From a virus (taxonomy: Duplodnaviria > Caudoviricetes), in the IMG/VR virus record IMGVR_UViG_3300001598_000043, positions 1 to 64,000 of that record: DNA of 64,000 nt; one strand, written 5' to 3'. The position numbers and the translations under genes are program-made. Positions 48,744 through 57,136 of the stretch are shown here, piece by piece (position 1 is the first letter of the stretch; each line of letters starts with the position of its first letter). Under the pieces are notes generated by a model. That model was not told where the DNA came from. It worked only from the letters and a program-made list of their open reading frames with translations, and ran no database searches.

Positions 48744-49614
48744 TTTTCTCTGCCTCCTTTTTCAACATATCAGTAAATTCAATTGCATCTGTTTCTGATT
48801 CGAGTGATTTAGCATCTGATGCTTGTACTTGCATTGATGTTCTTGGATTTGACTGATTATTAGAAGATGTAGGTTTAAATAATCCTTTGTATTCGTGACT
48901 GATTGAATAATCAATTGTGATTAATGCGTCATCTAAATTATCACATCTCTCATCCAACTTATTTATAATACTCATAAAACTCTTAAATTTATCCAATTTG
49001 AGTCTCATTGTTAAATACTCGACTAATTTACCCTTAAGAGTCTCTTTGTCCTTATCTGACTTAATAAACTTGCACGTATCTACATAAGAATCTATATCAT
49101 CCATACTCTTTTCATATAAATTCTTTTTCTTTGGTTTTTGCTGATTAAATAATTTATTTGATTCAGATTTTTTCGGTTTTTCTTCTAATACTTTAGTATT
49201 AGAATTACTATTATTATCTATTAACTTATTATCTGATGTCATTTTAAAATTACATCTGATGTCATTCTGGAGTGACATCGAGTCATCAAAAAGTAAATTA
49301 ATAGTTAACTCTGATACTGAATAAAATGTTTTAGAACCTCTACTATTTCTCTCCGTTGTAGATAATAAGAATCCTTCTTTTTTAAGGGTACTTAATCTAT
49401 TACGTAGAGTTCCTTCTGATATGCCAAGAATTGGTAAATCTTCTTGTAATTTGTTGTGATTAATCCATACATATGGAATATCATCACATATAAGATGTGT
49501 CATTTTTGGTGACCCATTTGCTTGTATTATATATTCAAGTAAAACTAAATCTGTTAAATCAAGATTAGTTTCCATTACTTTGGCTTGGTTAAAACCTAAT
49601 ATAGAATATTTCAT
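48721..49614 (-). CDS. Replication initiator protein (N-terminal wHTH)
   Basis: MKYSILGFNQ...YVWINH.KL.EDLPILGI...RNRLSTL; position upstream of loader and helicase. Confidence 0.75.
   Translation of the reverse strand: MKYSILGFNQAKVMETNLDLTDLVLLEYIIQANGSPKMTHLICDDIPYVWINHNKLQEDLPILGISEGTLRNRLSTLKKEGFLLSTTERNSRGSKTFYSVSELTINLLFDDSMSLQNDIRCNFKMTSDNKLIDNNSNSNTKVLEEKPKKSESNKLFNQQKPKKKNLYEKSMDDIDSYVDTCKFIKSDKDKETLKGKLVEYLTMRLKLDKFKSFMSIINKLDERCDNLDDALITIDYSISHEYKGLFKPTSSNNQSNPRTSMQVQASDAKSLESETDAIEFTDMLKKEAEKNGQRAVF
49231..49279. repeat. Iteron-like repeats inside the initiator gene (candidate origin)
   Basis: ATCTGATGTCATT twice (49231, 49254) plus inverted TGACATC (49273), beside an AT-rich tract. 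Confidence 0.45.
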
Positions 49615-49636
49615 ATTTACCTCTTACTTGTGAATT

Positions 49637-49740
49637 AAAAAACTCATACAATAGAGCATTTGGGGTACTCTAAAGTATGAGTCTAATGTTGACCGATATT
49701 TAAATAGCATTAACCGATGCCCCAAACATCAGTCAACGAG
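49637..49740 (-). promoter_or_regulatory. Structured leader with terminator upstream of the initiator gene
   Basis: ACTCATAC..TAGAG-loop-CTCTA..GTATGAGT-TTTTT; an upstream hairpin has a loop complementary to the terminator loop. Confidence 0.65.
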
Positions 49741-49831
49741 TTGTGAATGAAATTTAAACCGACAAGTTATCCGTCACAATCTTTAGTTAAAGGTGTTAGA
49801 TAAAGTGTGAATAAACTCTAATCACTCTGTT

Positions 49832-49860
49832 ATTGTATCAAGTGCCATTTTTATAGTCAA
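49832..49860 (-). promoter_or_regulatory. Promoter of the replication operon
   Basis: TTGACT-17-TACAAT with extended TG. Confidence 0.7.
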
Positions 49861-49870
49861 TACAAAATTA

Positions 49871-50104
49871 TTATTTACTTCCAAAAGTTTTTAAGATATC
49901 TGCAATTTGAGTATCTACCTCATTATTTACAGTATCCCATAATAAATTACGTTCTTCTTCAACATCAATATCTTCTAAATCTGGAATTAATCTTTCCTCG
50001 GCATATTCAATTGTATAGAAATTATCTTTGATTTTTACAGATGCTCTTGACGTAGCAGTGATTGATGTGATTATTGCTTTACTTTCATACTTATTCTGTG
50101 CCAT
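49871..50104 (-). CDS. Hypothetical protein
   Basis: MAQNKYESK..., GGAG RBS. Confidence 0.55.
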   Translation of the reverse strand: MAQNKYESKAIITSITATSRASVKIKDNFYTIEYAEERLIPDLEDIDVEEERNLLWDTVNNEVDTQIADILKTFGSK

Positions 50105-50303
50105 TGTTATTCTCTCCTCTGTACTTAACTGGTGTATATCTCCAATAATTTGCAAAAAAGCTTTTACCGTTAGAGTGTTTATTTATGTTCTTACAGTCTA
50201 CACTTTTCATTTTATTTTTAACTACATCTCTTCTAACACTTCTAATCTTACTACTCATTGTTTTTATCTCTTCTCTTTCTAACTTGGATGATTGATAGAA
50301 CAA
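50091..50303 (-). CDS. Small basic hypothetical protein
   Basis: Probable start MSSKIRSVRR. Confidence 0.45.
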   Translation of the reverse strand: MFYQSSKLEREEIKTMSSKIRSVRRDVVKNKMKSVDCKNINKHSNGKSFFANYWRYTPVKYRGENNNGTE

Positions 50304-50372
50304 CTATACCAATACATTCTATTGCTATAGTTAATCCCATTCCAATAAATATTAATAGTGCATTATACATAT

Positions 50373-50774
50373 TTAATCCTCCACACTTTTAGATTTGGAT
50401 ACTCTCAATGTAGTAACCTCTTTAGTTTCTCTACACTTATCCATCTCAATAAGAATCTGATTATCAATCTTCTCATTATAGATTGCAGATTCAAGAGCTT
50501 CCATATCAACATATGGTCTCATTTTTACAATATCATTTGGTATTTCATCTTTATGAGATTCTAAAATAGTTAATAATTTATCTACATTAAGTGTCTCTCT
50601 GTTCTGAACAGTTATCTTTGCAGTGTATCCATTAATCTGATACTTGTCGATATTCATACCAGCCATAATGTTTTTAATCTCGGTATTATTAACATCTACA
50701 ATCTTCTTGTAATCTTCTAAAGATTTCTTGTCATCAACGTATTGCATTATTAAAGCATCTAAAGTTGTTGTCAT
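50373..50774 (-). CDS. Hypothetical protein (coiled coil plus RETLNVDKL)
   Basis: 133 aa, AAGGAG RBS. Confidence 0.6.
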   Translation of the reverse strand: MTTTLDALIMQYVDDKKSLEDYKKIVDVNNTEIKNIMAGMNIDKYQINGYTAKITVQNRETLNVDKLLTILESHKDEIPNDIVKMRPYVDMEALESAIYNEKIDNQILIEMDKCRETKEVTTLRVSKSKSVED

Positions 50775-50776
50775 TT

Positions 50777-51070
50777 CTATTTCTCCTTTTTCTTGTTTTT
50801 CTTGACATATTTTTGAGTGATATCACCCATTATTCCATTTCTTCCTTGAGTAAGACTTTTCTTAAACTGAATGAGTTTCCATACATCTGACTGATGCCAA
50901 TATCTTGTTCCTTTTGCACCCTGTTTTATAAAGTCAGGTAGTAACTGAGCCATCTCGTGTGTTGGATTACTTAACTTCCAACGATACCAATTGTTAATTG
51001 TCTGTATAGAGGAGTCAATTAAGATTGACACCTCTTGTACCTTTAATAATCTTTCCTCTGTATTGTTCAT
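50777..51070 (-). CDS. MerR/excisionase-like HTH DNA-binding protein
   Basis: LLKVQEVS.LI..SIQTINNWY...RYW..SDV.KL. Confidence 0.6.
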   Translation of the reverse strand: MNNTEERLLKVQEVSILIDSSIQTINNWYRWKLSNPTHEMAQLLPDFIKQGAKGTRYWHQSDVWKLIQFKKSLTQGRNGIMGDITQKYVKKNKKKEK

Positions 51071-51088
51071 AATATTTTCACCTCCTAT

Positions 51089-52774
51089 TTATGATAACAG
51101 ATAGTTTAATAATTCTGTTTTATCTACATTATCAAATGCACCATCAACCATTGCCTTTGACATTGTACCCTTTTTGTATACTATCTCGTGAATTCTCTCA
51201 TCAATAGTATTCTTTGCAAGTAATGTATAAACTGTAACATTACTATTCTGACCAATTCTATGACATCTATCAACGGCCTGGTCTTTAAGTGCCATATTCC
51301 AAGGTTCATCTAAAAAGATTTCAACTGAACCAGATGTAAGTGTAAGTCCTGTACCCATAGCACCTACTGTACCAACAATTACTTTGCACTTATCATCATT
51401 CTGAAAACGATTTACCATTGACTGTCTGTCTGCATCATTTGTATCACCTGTGATTACAGCTGGATGATAATTTACAAGTCTCTCAAGTACTACATCTGTC
51501 ATCTGTGTCCAATTAGAGAAGATAACAACTTTCTTTCCGTTAGATACAGATTCTTCTACGATTTCTTCCATTCTGTCTAATTTAGCAGATTCCTTAATTG
51601 TAGATGAAAGAATTCCTGTATAACCTGTTGCCTGTCTCATTCTAATGAGTTCTGCAAGTGGGTTAGATACCATCTTGATTTGGTCAATGTTGCTTTTGAT
51701 TTCCATTGATACTTCTTTGTAGATAACAGACTGTTTTGCAGTCATATCAACATATTCATCAATGAATAATTTCTCTGGTAAATCAAGTACATCATCTTTA
51801 AGTCTACGAAGCATTATGTCTGTAAGATTTTCCTGTAACTCATTGAGATTCTTATAACCTACAACCTGATATCCACCATATCCACCCATTACACAATAGT
51901 GTTGTTTGAATGAGTAGAATGAATGTTTTTCATATCCTAACCATTTAAGGATGATATAAAAATCCATTGGTGTATTCATTAATGGAGTACCTGTCATAGC
52001 AATCTTGCAATCTGCATCAATCTTCAACATTCCCTTACCTTGTTGAGACTGTGGGTCTTTACATTTATGTACCTCATCAATTGCAACTAATCCAATCTCT
52101 CCACACTTGCATAATTCAACGATTTTAGAGGTTATATCTTCATTCCTTAGACTTTCTACGTTAGTAATAATAAAGTAGCTAGAATTAGATGGCAACTCGT
52201 TTAAATCAGTTAATTTATCATTATTACTTCCAATGACTAATCTGTTATTCTTCTGTCTCTGTCCAAGAATGTATCCTGTCTCATCAGAGTGAACAGATAC
52301 TTCATTCTGCCAGTTCCACTTAAGACCATTTACACCACAGATTATAAGACAATGTTTGTAACCTTTCTGTAACTTCTTTGCAACTGCAATATCAATTACC
52401 TGTTTTGTCTTTCCAAGTCCCTGCTCATCTGCAAGTAACCATCTGTCGTGACATAAACCAAAATTAAATCCATCAATCTGATGATTGAATGGTGTTGTCT
52501 TAAAGTTAAAATCACTTGGTACAACTGCCTTTGGTTCTTCTGTATTAAACATATCTAAATTATCTGCATTGATTGTAATATCAAAATCATTAAGTTTAGA
52601 TATGAGATACTCAACTTTCTTTAAAGGTACTTCCCATTCCTTATTTGCACTGTCCCAGTACTTTGAAGGTAACTCACGTATAATGTTTACAATAGTGTTG
52701 TCATATGGGAAAGATATGAATGCACTATATTCTGAACTACATCTGTTTGATTTTTTAATATTCATTGTAATCAT
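51089..52774 (-). CDS. SNF2-family helicase/annealing ATPase
   Basis: LADEQGLGKT, IDEVH, MTGTP, MLRRLK, GTGLTL, QAVDRCHRIGQ. Confidence 0.92.
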   Translation of the reverse strand: MITMNIKKSNRCSSEYSAFISFPYDNTIVNIIRELPSKYWDSANKEWEVPLKKVEYLISKLNDFDITINADNLDMFNTEEPKAVVPSDFNFKTTPFNHQIDGFNFGLCHDRWLLADEQGLGKTKQVIDIAVAKKLQKGYKHCLIICGVNGLKWNWQNEVSVHSDETGYILGQRQKNNRLVIGSNNDKLTDLNELPSNSSYFIITNVESLRNEDITSKIVELCKCGEIGLVAIDEVHKCKDPQSQQGKGMLKIDADCKIAMTGTPLMNTPMDFYIILKWLGYEKHSFYSFKQHYCVMGGYGGYQVVGYKNLNELQENLTDIMLRRLKDDVLDLPEKLFIDEYVDMTAKQSVIYKEVSMEIKSNIDQIKMVSNPLAELIRMRQATGYTGILSSTIKESAKLDRMEEIVEESVSNGKKVVIFSNWTQMTDVVLERLVNYHPAVITGDTNDADRQSMVNRFQNDDKCKVIVGTVGAMGTGLTLTSGSVEIFLDEPWNMALKDQAVDRCHRIGQNSNVTVYTLLAKNTIDERIHEIVYKKGTMSKAMVDGAFDNVDKTELLNYLLS

Positions 52775-52818
52775 TTTCAATTCCTCCGTTTTTTGAGTAG
52801 TCACTATTGACTGTAAAC

Positions 52819-52847
52819 ATTATACTATAATATTTATTCTTTGTCAA
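52819..52847 (-). promoter_or_regulatory. Consensus sigmaA promoter
   Basis: TTGACA-17-TATAAT overlapping the end of the upstream gene. Confidence 0.75.
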
Positions 52848-53274
52848 ATCTCTGCCATAATTCGTATTCACTGAAAGTTAATCCTGTCTTTTCACGTACT
52901 TCATCTAATAAAGTTGGAATATTGATTTTATTATCATATCTTCGAGACATTTTATAAACTAACTTCAATGTTAAAAATACTCCGTCACTAAAACCTTTAC
53001 TTCTTGTACTATCTTCCCAAGTTTTAATGAATTCCATATTGAGAAATGGATTAAAACTCTCAACATAACTTTCATGAGATTTTTTATTATACTCTTTTAA
53101 TTTATTTCTAATATCTTCAACCGAATGTTTTCCAAGATTAGTAATCTTCTTAAAATCATCTTCATCGAGTTCAGATAATTCTTCAACTGTACGTATTCCA
53201 CCACGTATTAATGCATTATATGTTCTTGGATTTAAATCTAATTCAATAATGTGTGTTCTATCTATTCTATTCAT
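52834..53274 (-). CDS. Protein with RNA polymerase alpha-CTD-like domain
   Basis: IIELDLNPRTYNAL.R.GI.TV.EL......F.KI.NLGKHSVEDI..KL. Confidence 0.82.
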   Translation of the reverse strand: MNRIDRTHIIELDLNPRTYNALIRGGIRTVEELSELDEDDFKKITNLGKHSVEDIRNKLKEYNKKSHESYVESFNPFLNMEFIKTWEDSTRSKGFSDGVFLTLKLVYKMSRRYDNKINIPTLLDEVREKTGLTFSEYELWQRFDKE

Positions 53275-53286
53275 TCTACCACCCTC

Positions 53287-53814
53287 CTATTTAACATATT
53301 CTAAAGAACCTCTTGAACTACATACTGCACAGTAGTAGTATTTATTTCTTCCGTACATAATATCTTTTACAGTATTTGTAGTTTTACGATACAAGTATGT
53401 ATAGCCACAATATGTACATCTAAGTTTATGTTTTGGTTGCATTGATTTTCTAGTTTTATCTTTAGGACGTTCAATGCCTTTTTCTTCATATGATGTGCAT
53501 CTCTTAATATTATATCCATAAACATCATTTAATAAGTTAGCTGCACTCTTCCACTCACCTGTATGACGCATACCATCTTTAATAGTATGTAGTAATTCAT
53601 GTGCTACAGTATTCTTAACTGACATATCATCTACAGAATCTTCTAATAACTGACTTGATATTGAAATATAGTACTTACCCTGTCTCTTAGAACACAATCC
53701 CCATCTATTTTTAGCTCTTGTATTAACTGTAACATCTGCGATATCTCCAAGTTCAATTCCTAAAGATTCAATATCATTTCTACATTCGTTTACAAAGTTT
53801 TTTAAGTTTTTCAT
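53287..53814 (-). CDS. SprT-like zinc metalloprotease
   Basis: RWGLC, TVAHELLH, HTGEWK, C-terminal CxxC...CxxC. Confidence 0.8.
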   Translation of the reverse strand: MKNLKNFVNECRNDIESLGIELGDIADVTVNTRAKNRWGLCSKRQGKYYISISSQLLEDSVDDMSVKNTVAHELLHTIKDGMRHTGEWKSAANLLNDVYGYNIKRCTSYEEKGIERPKDKTRKSMQPKHKLRCTYCGYTYLYRKTTNTVKDIMYGRNKYYYCAVCSSRGSLEYVK

Positions 53815-53815
53815 T

Positions 53816-54181
53816 TTAATACTCCTCGTATTCGTCTATTGCCTTATCTTCAAAATCATATTCATCTAATACATAATCACATAAATCATCTAAATTCTCT
53901 TCTACAAAAGATTGAATTTCTGATTTATCCAACTCAATTTCAGAACAGATTAAATCAACTAATGATTCTATAATCTGTTGTTTATAATCTTCATATCCAT
54001 CAACTTCAAACTCTGGGTCATCTCCTGGATACCACTGCATCATATGTGTATCGAAGTAATCATCACTACCTTTGTATACACATACGCAATGAGCATTTAC
54101 TTCAAATGCAACATCACAAATTTCCTTTAAATCTGCCTTTTCAAGTATTTCATAAATCTTTTCAATAAGTTTGTTTGCCAT
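53816..54181 (-). CDS. Acidic hypothetical early protein
   Basis: AAGGAGG RBS behind the 54216 promoter. Confidence 0.6.
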   Translation of the reverse strand: MANKLIEKIYEILEKADLKEICDVAFEVNAHCVCVYKGSDDYFDTHMMQWYPGDDPEFEVDGYEDYKQQIIESLVDLICSEIELDKSEIQSFVEENLDDLCDYVLDEYDFEDKAIDEYEEY

Positions 54182-54215
54182 ATATGATTGCCTCCTTAAA
54201 CTTTAATTCATAAAC

Positions 54216-54244
54216 ATTATATCAAACTATTATTTATATGTCAA
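54216..54244 (-). promoter_or_regulatory. Consensus sigmaA promoter (repeated cassette type)
   Basis: TTGACA-tataaataatagtttga-TATAAT. Confidence 0.85.
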
Positions 54245-54250
54245 ATGCCT

Positions 54251-54281
54251 AAAAAATAAGGAGCAATCACTTGCTCCTTAT
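54251..54281 (-). terminator. Terminator closing the post-lysis operon
   Basis: 11-bp ATAAGGAGCAA/TTGCTCCTTAT stem, GTGA loop, T-tail. Confidence 0.85.
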
Positions 54282-54614
54282 CATAAGTTGAGATTTTAAA
54301 ATATCATATTCTTCTTGAATATCTGCACTACTTAATAATATATTTATGAATTCATTTATCTCTTTACACATAACCTTTAGAGATGTTAATACACGTTCTT
54401 GATTTACTTCTCCTCGTTGAAATTGTTGTTTAAGAATCTTGTAATTATAGTATTCGGGCAAAATGTCTTTATATTCTTTTACAACGTCATTTTCTATATT
54501 TGATACAAGATGTTCTCTAACAGTATAGAGTGAAGCTAACTTCATACATGAGTCATATGTTGTGTTCCCATCTTCTAAATCTTTTATTGTATTTTCAATC
54601 TCATAAATATCCAT
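54267..54614 (-). CDS. Hypothetical protein (post-lysis operon)
   Basis: 115 aa. Confidence 0.6.
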   Translation of the reverse strand: MDIYEIENTIKDLEDGNTTYDSCMKLASLYTVREHLVSNIENDVVKEYKDILPEYYNYKILKQQFQRGEVNQERVLTSLKVMCKEINEFINILLSSADIQEEYDILKSQLMIRSK

Positions 54615-54623
54615 AATATATTC

Positions 54624-54923
54624 CTACATAGCCAACATTTGCTTTATCCAAGCTACTTTTTCTACATACTCTTTATGTGACTTATCCCATTTCTCTTCCA
54701 TCTCTACTGGTGGAGTATAGACTTTTGATAGTGTCTCTATTTCAGAGGTTATAATATCATGTATGTAGGTAGCATGTTTCAACTCGTCATTTGCCATTTC
54801 TCGATACTTGTTAGCCCATTGAGCATTTCCAACTGCCTTATATTCAAGATATGATTCTGCATAATCTTTAGCTCCACAAATCTCCTCGTCAATGTGGTCA
54901 ACCAATCTTTGTATCTTTTTCAT
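54624..54923 (-). CDS. Ferritin-like four-helix protein
   Basis: DEEICGAKDY ... DELKHA (ExxH) pattern. Confidence 0.55.
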   Translation of the reverse strand: MKKIQRLVDHIDEEICGAKDYAESYLEYKAVGNAQWANKYREMANDELKHATYIHDIITSEIETLSKVYTPPVEMEEKWDKSHKEYVEKVAWIKQMLAM

Positions 54924-55122
54924 ACAGCACCTCCAATATCTTATTTATTTTTGCATCTTGAGAATCTAAATGTGTATGAATATCCTTTAATAACCTATCT
55001 ATTTGAGTACTTAATTCATTCGACAAATCTTGTTTATCAGATTGTGTTAAGTTTTCATCGTAATTCATAACACCTATTATGAAACTCATTATGTTTAGAA
55101 TATCCATAGAATCCTTATTCAT
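54898..55122 (-). CDS. Hypothetical protein (post-lysis operon)
   Basis: 74 aa, IH.HL..QD.K. Confidence 0.55.
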   Translation of the reverse strand: MNKDSMDILNIMSFIIGVMNYDENLTQSDKQDLSNELSTQIDRLLKDIHTHLDSQDAKINKILEVLYEKDTKIG

Positions 55123-55520
55123 TAGTCTTTCTCCACTCGTATTGTTGCATTTGTAATTGAGCCAATAACACCTGTAATCATTGCAGTGATTGTTGATTCA
55201 CAACAACATTTCTGTCTAATTACACTTGGTGGCAATACTAATGTAACAGTATCTCCATCAGCTACAGTAGCACTTGCACCTGCACCAGGTATAATAGCAC
55301 CATCTTTTAATAGAGTGACTGTAACAACACCAGCAGCTCCAGCTACAAATGTTACACTTGCATCTATATCAAAATATCCCTCGTTTGTAATAGATACCTC
55401 TCCACCAGACATATTAATACCACAACCGTATCTTCTAACAACCTGTCCAAAGTCGATTCTATCACCAACTACTATTACCTGTGGCGTTCTATTAACTCCA
55501 TATAATAATGATTTACTCAT
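55122..55520 (-). CDS. Beta-sandwich protein (BclA-C/TNF-like, tentative)
   Basis: Alternating beta pattern GYFDIDASVTF...VTLLKDGAIIPGA.A, Cys cluster QKCCC. Confidence 0.4.
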   Translation of the reverse strand: MSKSLLYGVNRTPQVIVVGDRIDFGQVVRRYGCGINMSGGEVSITNEGYFDIDASVTFVAGAAGVVTVTLLKDGAIIPGAGASATVADGDTVTLVLPPSVIRQKCCCESTITAMITGVIGSITNATIRVEKD

Positions 55521-55615
55521 ATATAAACCTCCTTAATGTAAAAAATCTGCATTCTAAGGAGCTTACGTCACTTAAAATGCAGATTTACAACTTTATAACC
55601 TTGCCTTAAGTGACA

Positions 55616-56230
55616 TTAGATGTTTCCACATCCACAACCATTGTTGCAATTACAGAATGGTGATGTACCTGCATTGTAAGTCCAAGAATTTGGATATCTT
55701 ACAACACCACAAAGTGCGTTCTGTAACTGAAGCTGATTAATCTGACCCTGGAGTGATTCAATCTTATTCTGTGAGATTGCATCCAAAATCTTCTGTGTAT
55801 TTGCTGTGTCAGTTGCCTGAATAGCACAAGCATAATTAGACATATCAAATCTTACAGAGTCGATATTTCTCTGTGTTGTGCAGCAACAGTCTGCAATTTG
55901 AGACTGGATTCCTCTACCCTCATCAACAACTCTTCCAGCTACCATTGTATTACCATCCTTAATAGAATTATTAATGGCAAATGTAGCATCAGCTATTCCG
56001 TTTCCTAATCTATCCATCTTATTGTCGAGATTCTGGAATTGCTGACCAAAGAGAATTTCTTGCTGACTAGCGGCAGTAGCATACTGACCAAATTCACCAG
56101 TTCTGTTCCATCCACCAAGTCCACCATTTGCTAAAATGAGAAGAGCAAAAATCCAAAGAAATGAATTTCCACCCCAATTACCATCGTTGTTCAAAAGAGC
56201 AACATCACTAGCTGATAATCCTGATTCCAT
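55616..56230 (-). CDS. Cys-rich hypothetical protein with N-terminal hydrophobic segment
   Basis: FLWIFALLILANGG, DCCCTTQRNID, C-terminal CNCNNGCGCG. Confidence 0.65.
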   Translation of the reverse strand: MESGLSASDVALLNNDGNWGGNSFLWIFALLILANGGLGGWNRTGEFGQYATAASQQEILFGQQFQNLDNKMDRLGNGIADATFAINNSIKDGNTMVAGRVVDEGRGIQSQIADCCCTTQRNIDSVRFDMSNYACAIQATDTANTQKILDAISQNKIESLQGQINQLQLQNALCGVVRYPNSWTYNAGTSPFCNCNNGCGCGNI

Positions 56231-56314
56231 ATTAAGTTTTCCTCCTTTAATTATTTTAGGTTAGCAACAGATTCTTTCATCTGTCGGTATATAATAAATA
56301 GTTGGCCAACTAAT

Positions 56315-56506
56315 TTATTTAAAATTCATAGGTATTTGAGATAGTATTGAATTAGGGTCAATACCTCTTTCTCTTACTTTTTTAAAGAATAAATCTCTTG
56401 CTGACATTCCACTTTGTCTGACTTCTTGCATAATAGAATTTACGTCAGTTTCTCTTCTGCTATTCTGTGATGACTGGTTTAGTTGGTTGAACAGGTTGTT
56501 TGCCAT
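56315..56506 (-). CDS. Asn/Gln-rich hypothetical protein
   Basis: 63 aa, GGAGG RBS. Confidence 0.55.
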   Translation of the reverse strand: MANNLFNQLNQSSQNSRRETDVNSIMQEVRQSGMSARDLFFKKVRERGIDPNSILSQIPMNFK

Positions 56507-56843
56507 TATTCTTACCTCCGTTAAATCTCTTATTTAATATTTCATTTAGTTCATCTTTAGTGACAAACTGTGATGTATCTACAAGATTTTCACTACTTTT
56601 TGGAAAATTAGTAACTTCTTCATACTTGAATGTTCTTAAATTACACATTCCTACGTTATCAGATACCTTAATATAGAATACTCCATCATTTTCACTGTCC
56701 ATTAATAACATATTACTGTTTGGCATTAACTGATATGCTTTTGCTCCTTCTACACCTTGTACCCAAGTTATTCCATTATTTGTTGGTGAATATGAATATC
56801 TTGGCTGATACATATTATTGTATGGATTCTGAAAATTATTCAT
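56460..56843 (-). CDS. Hypothetical protein (post-lysis operon)
   Basis: WVQGVEGAKAY...LLMDSE...FYIK. Confidence 0.65.
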   Translation of the reverse strand: MNNFQNPYNNMYQPRYSYSPTNNGITWVQGVEGAKAYQLMPNSNMLLMDSENDGVFYIKVSDNVGMCNLRTFKYEEVTNFPKSSENLVDTSQFVTKDELNEILNKRFNGGKNNGKQPVQPTKPVITE

Positions 56844-56967
56844 AACACATCTCCTTTAACAATCCCATTTCATCTAATATCATTACTACTTGTATTATAT
56901 ACAGTACAGGAATTTTCTTTGTCCTATCATCCCTTAATACTATTTCTAAAGCATCATCAAATTCCAT
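56836..56967 (-). CDS. 43-aa hypothetical protein, not in track
   Basis: MEFDDALEIVLRDDRTKKIPVLYIIQVV...; AAAGGAG RBS. Confidence 0.5.
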   Translation of the reverse strand: MEFDDALEIVLRDDRTKKIPVLYIIQVVMILDEMGLLKEMCYE

Positions 56968-57001
56968 TGGATATCTCCTTTCTGTAATTAAATTGTACAA
57001 T

Positions 57002-57036
57002 AAAAAAGAGTAGCTAAACTTCTGTCTAACTACTCT
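57002..57036 (-). terminator. Terminator after the lysis/HTH genes
   Basis: AGAGTAGTTAG..CTAACT-type stem (AGAGTAG/CTACTCT) plus TTTTT. Confidence 0.6.
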
Positions 57037-57136
57037 AAAACTTCACTAAAACTTCACTAATACAAAGATGTACACCATATACAAATATGTTCTTTAGGAC
57101 TTATAAATCTAATATTTACCAATCAATATCTTTATA

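Noticed and set aside
44258-51070. Lysogeny switch or integration module
   Set aside because: XRE and MerR-like HTH genes exist, but there is no integrase, divergent repressor pair or att-like site in the window. Lifestyle cannot be called.
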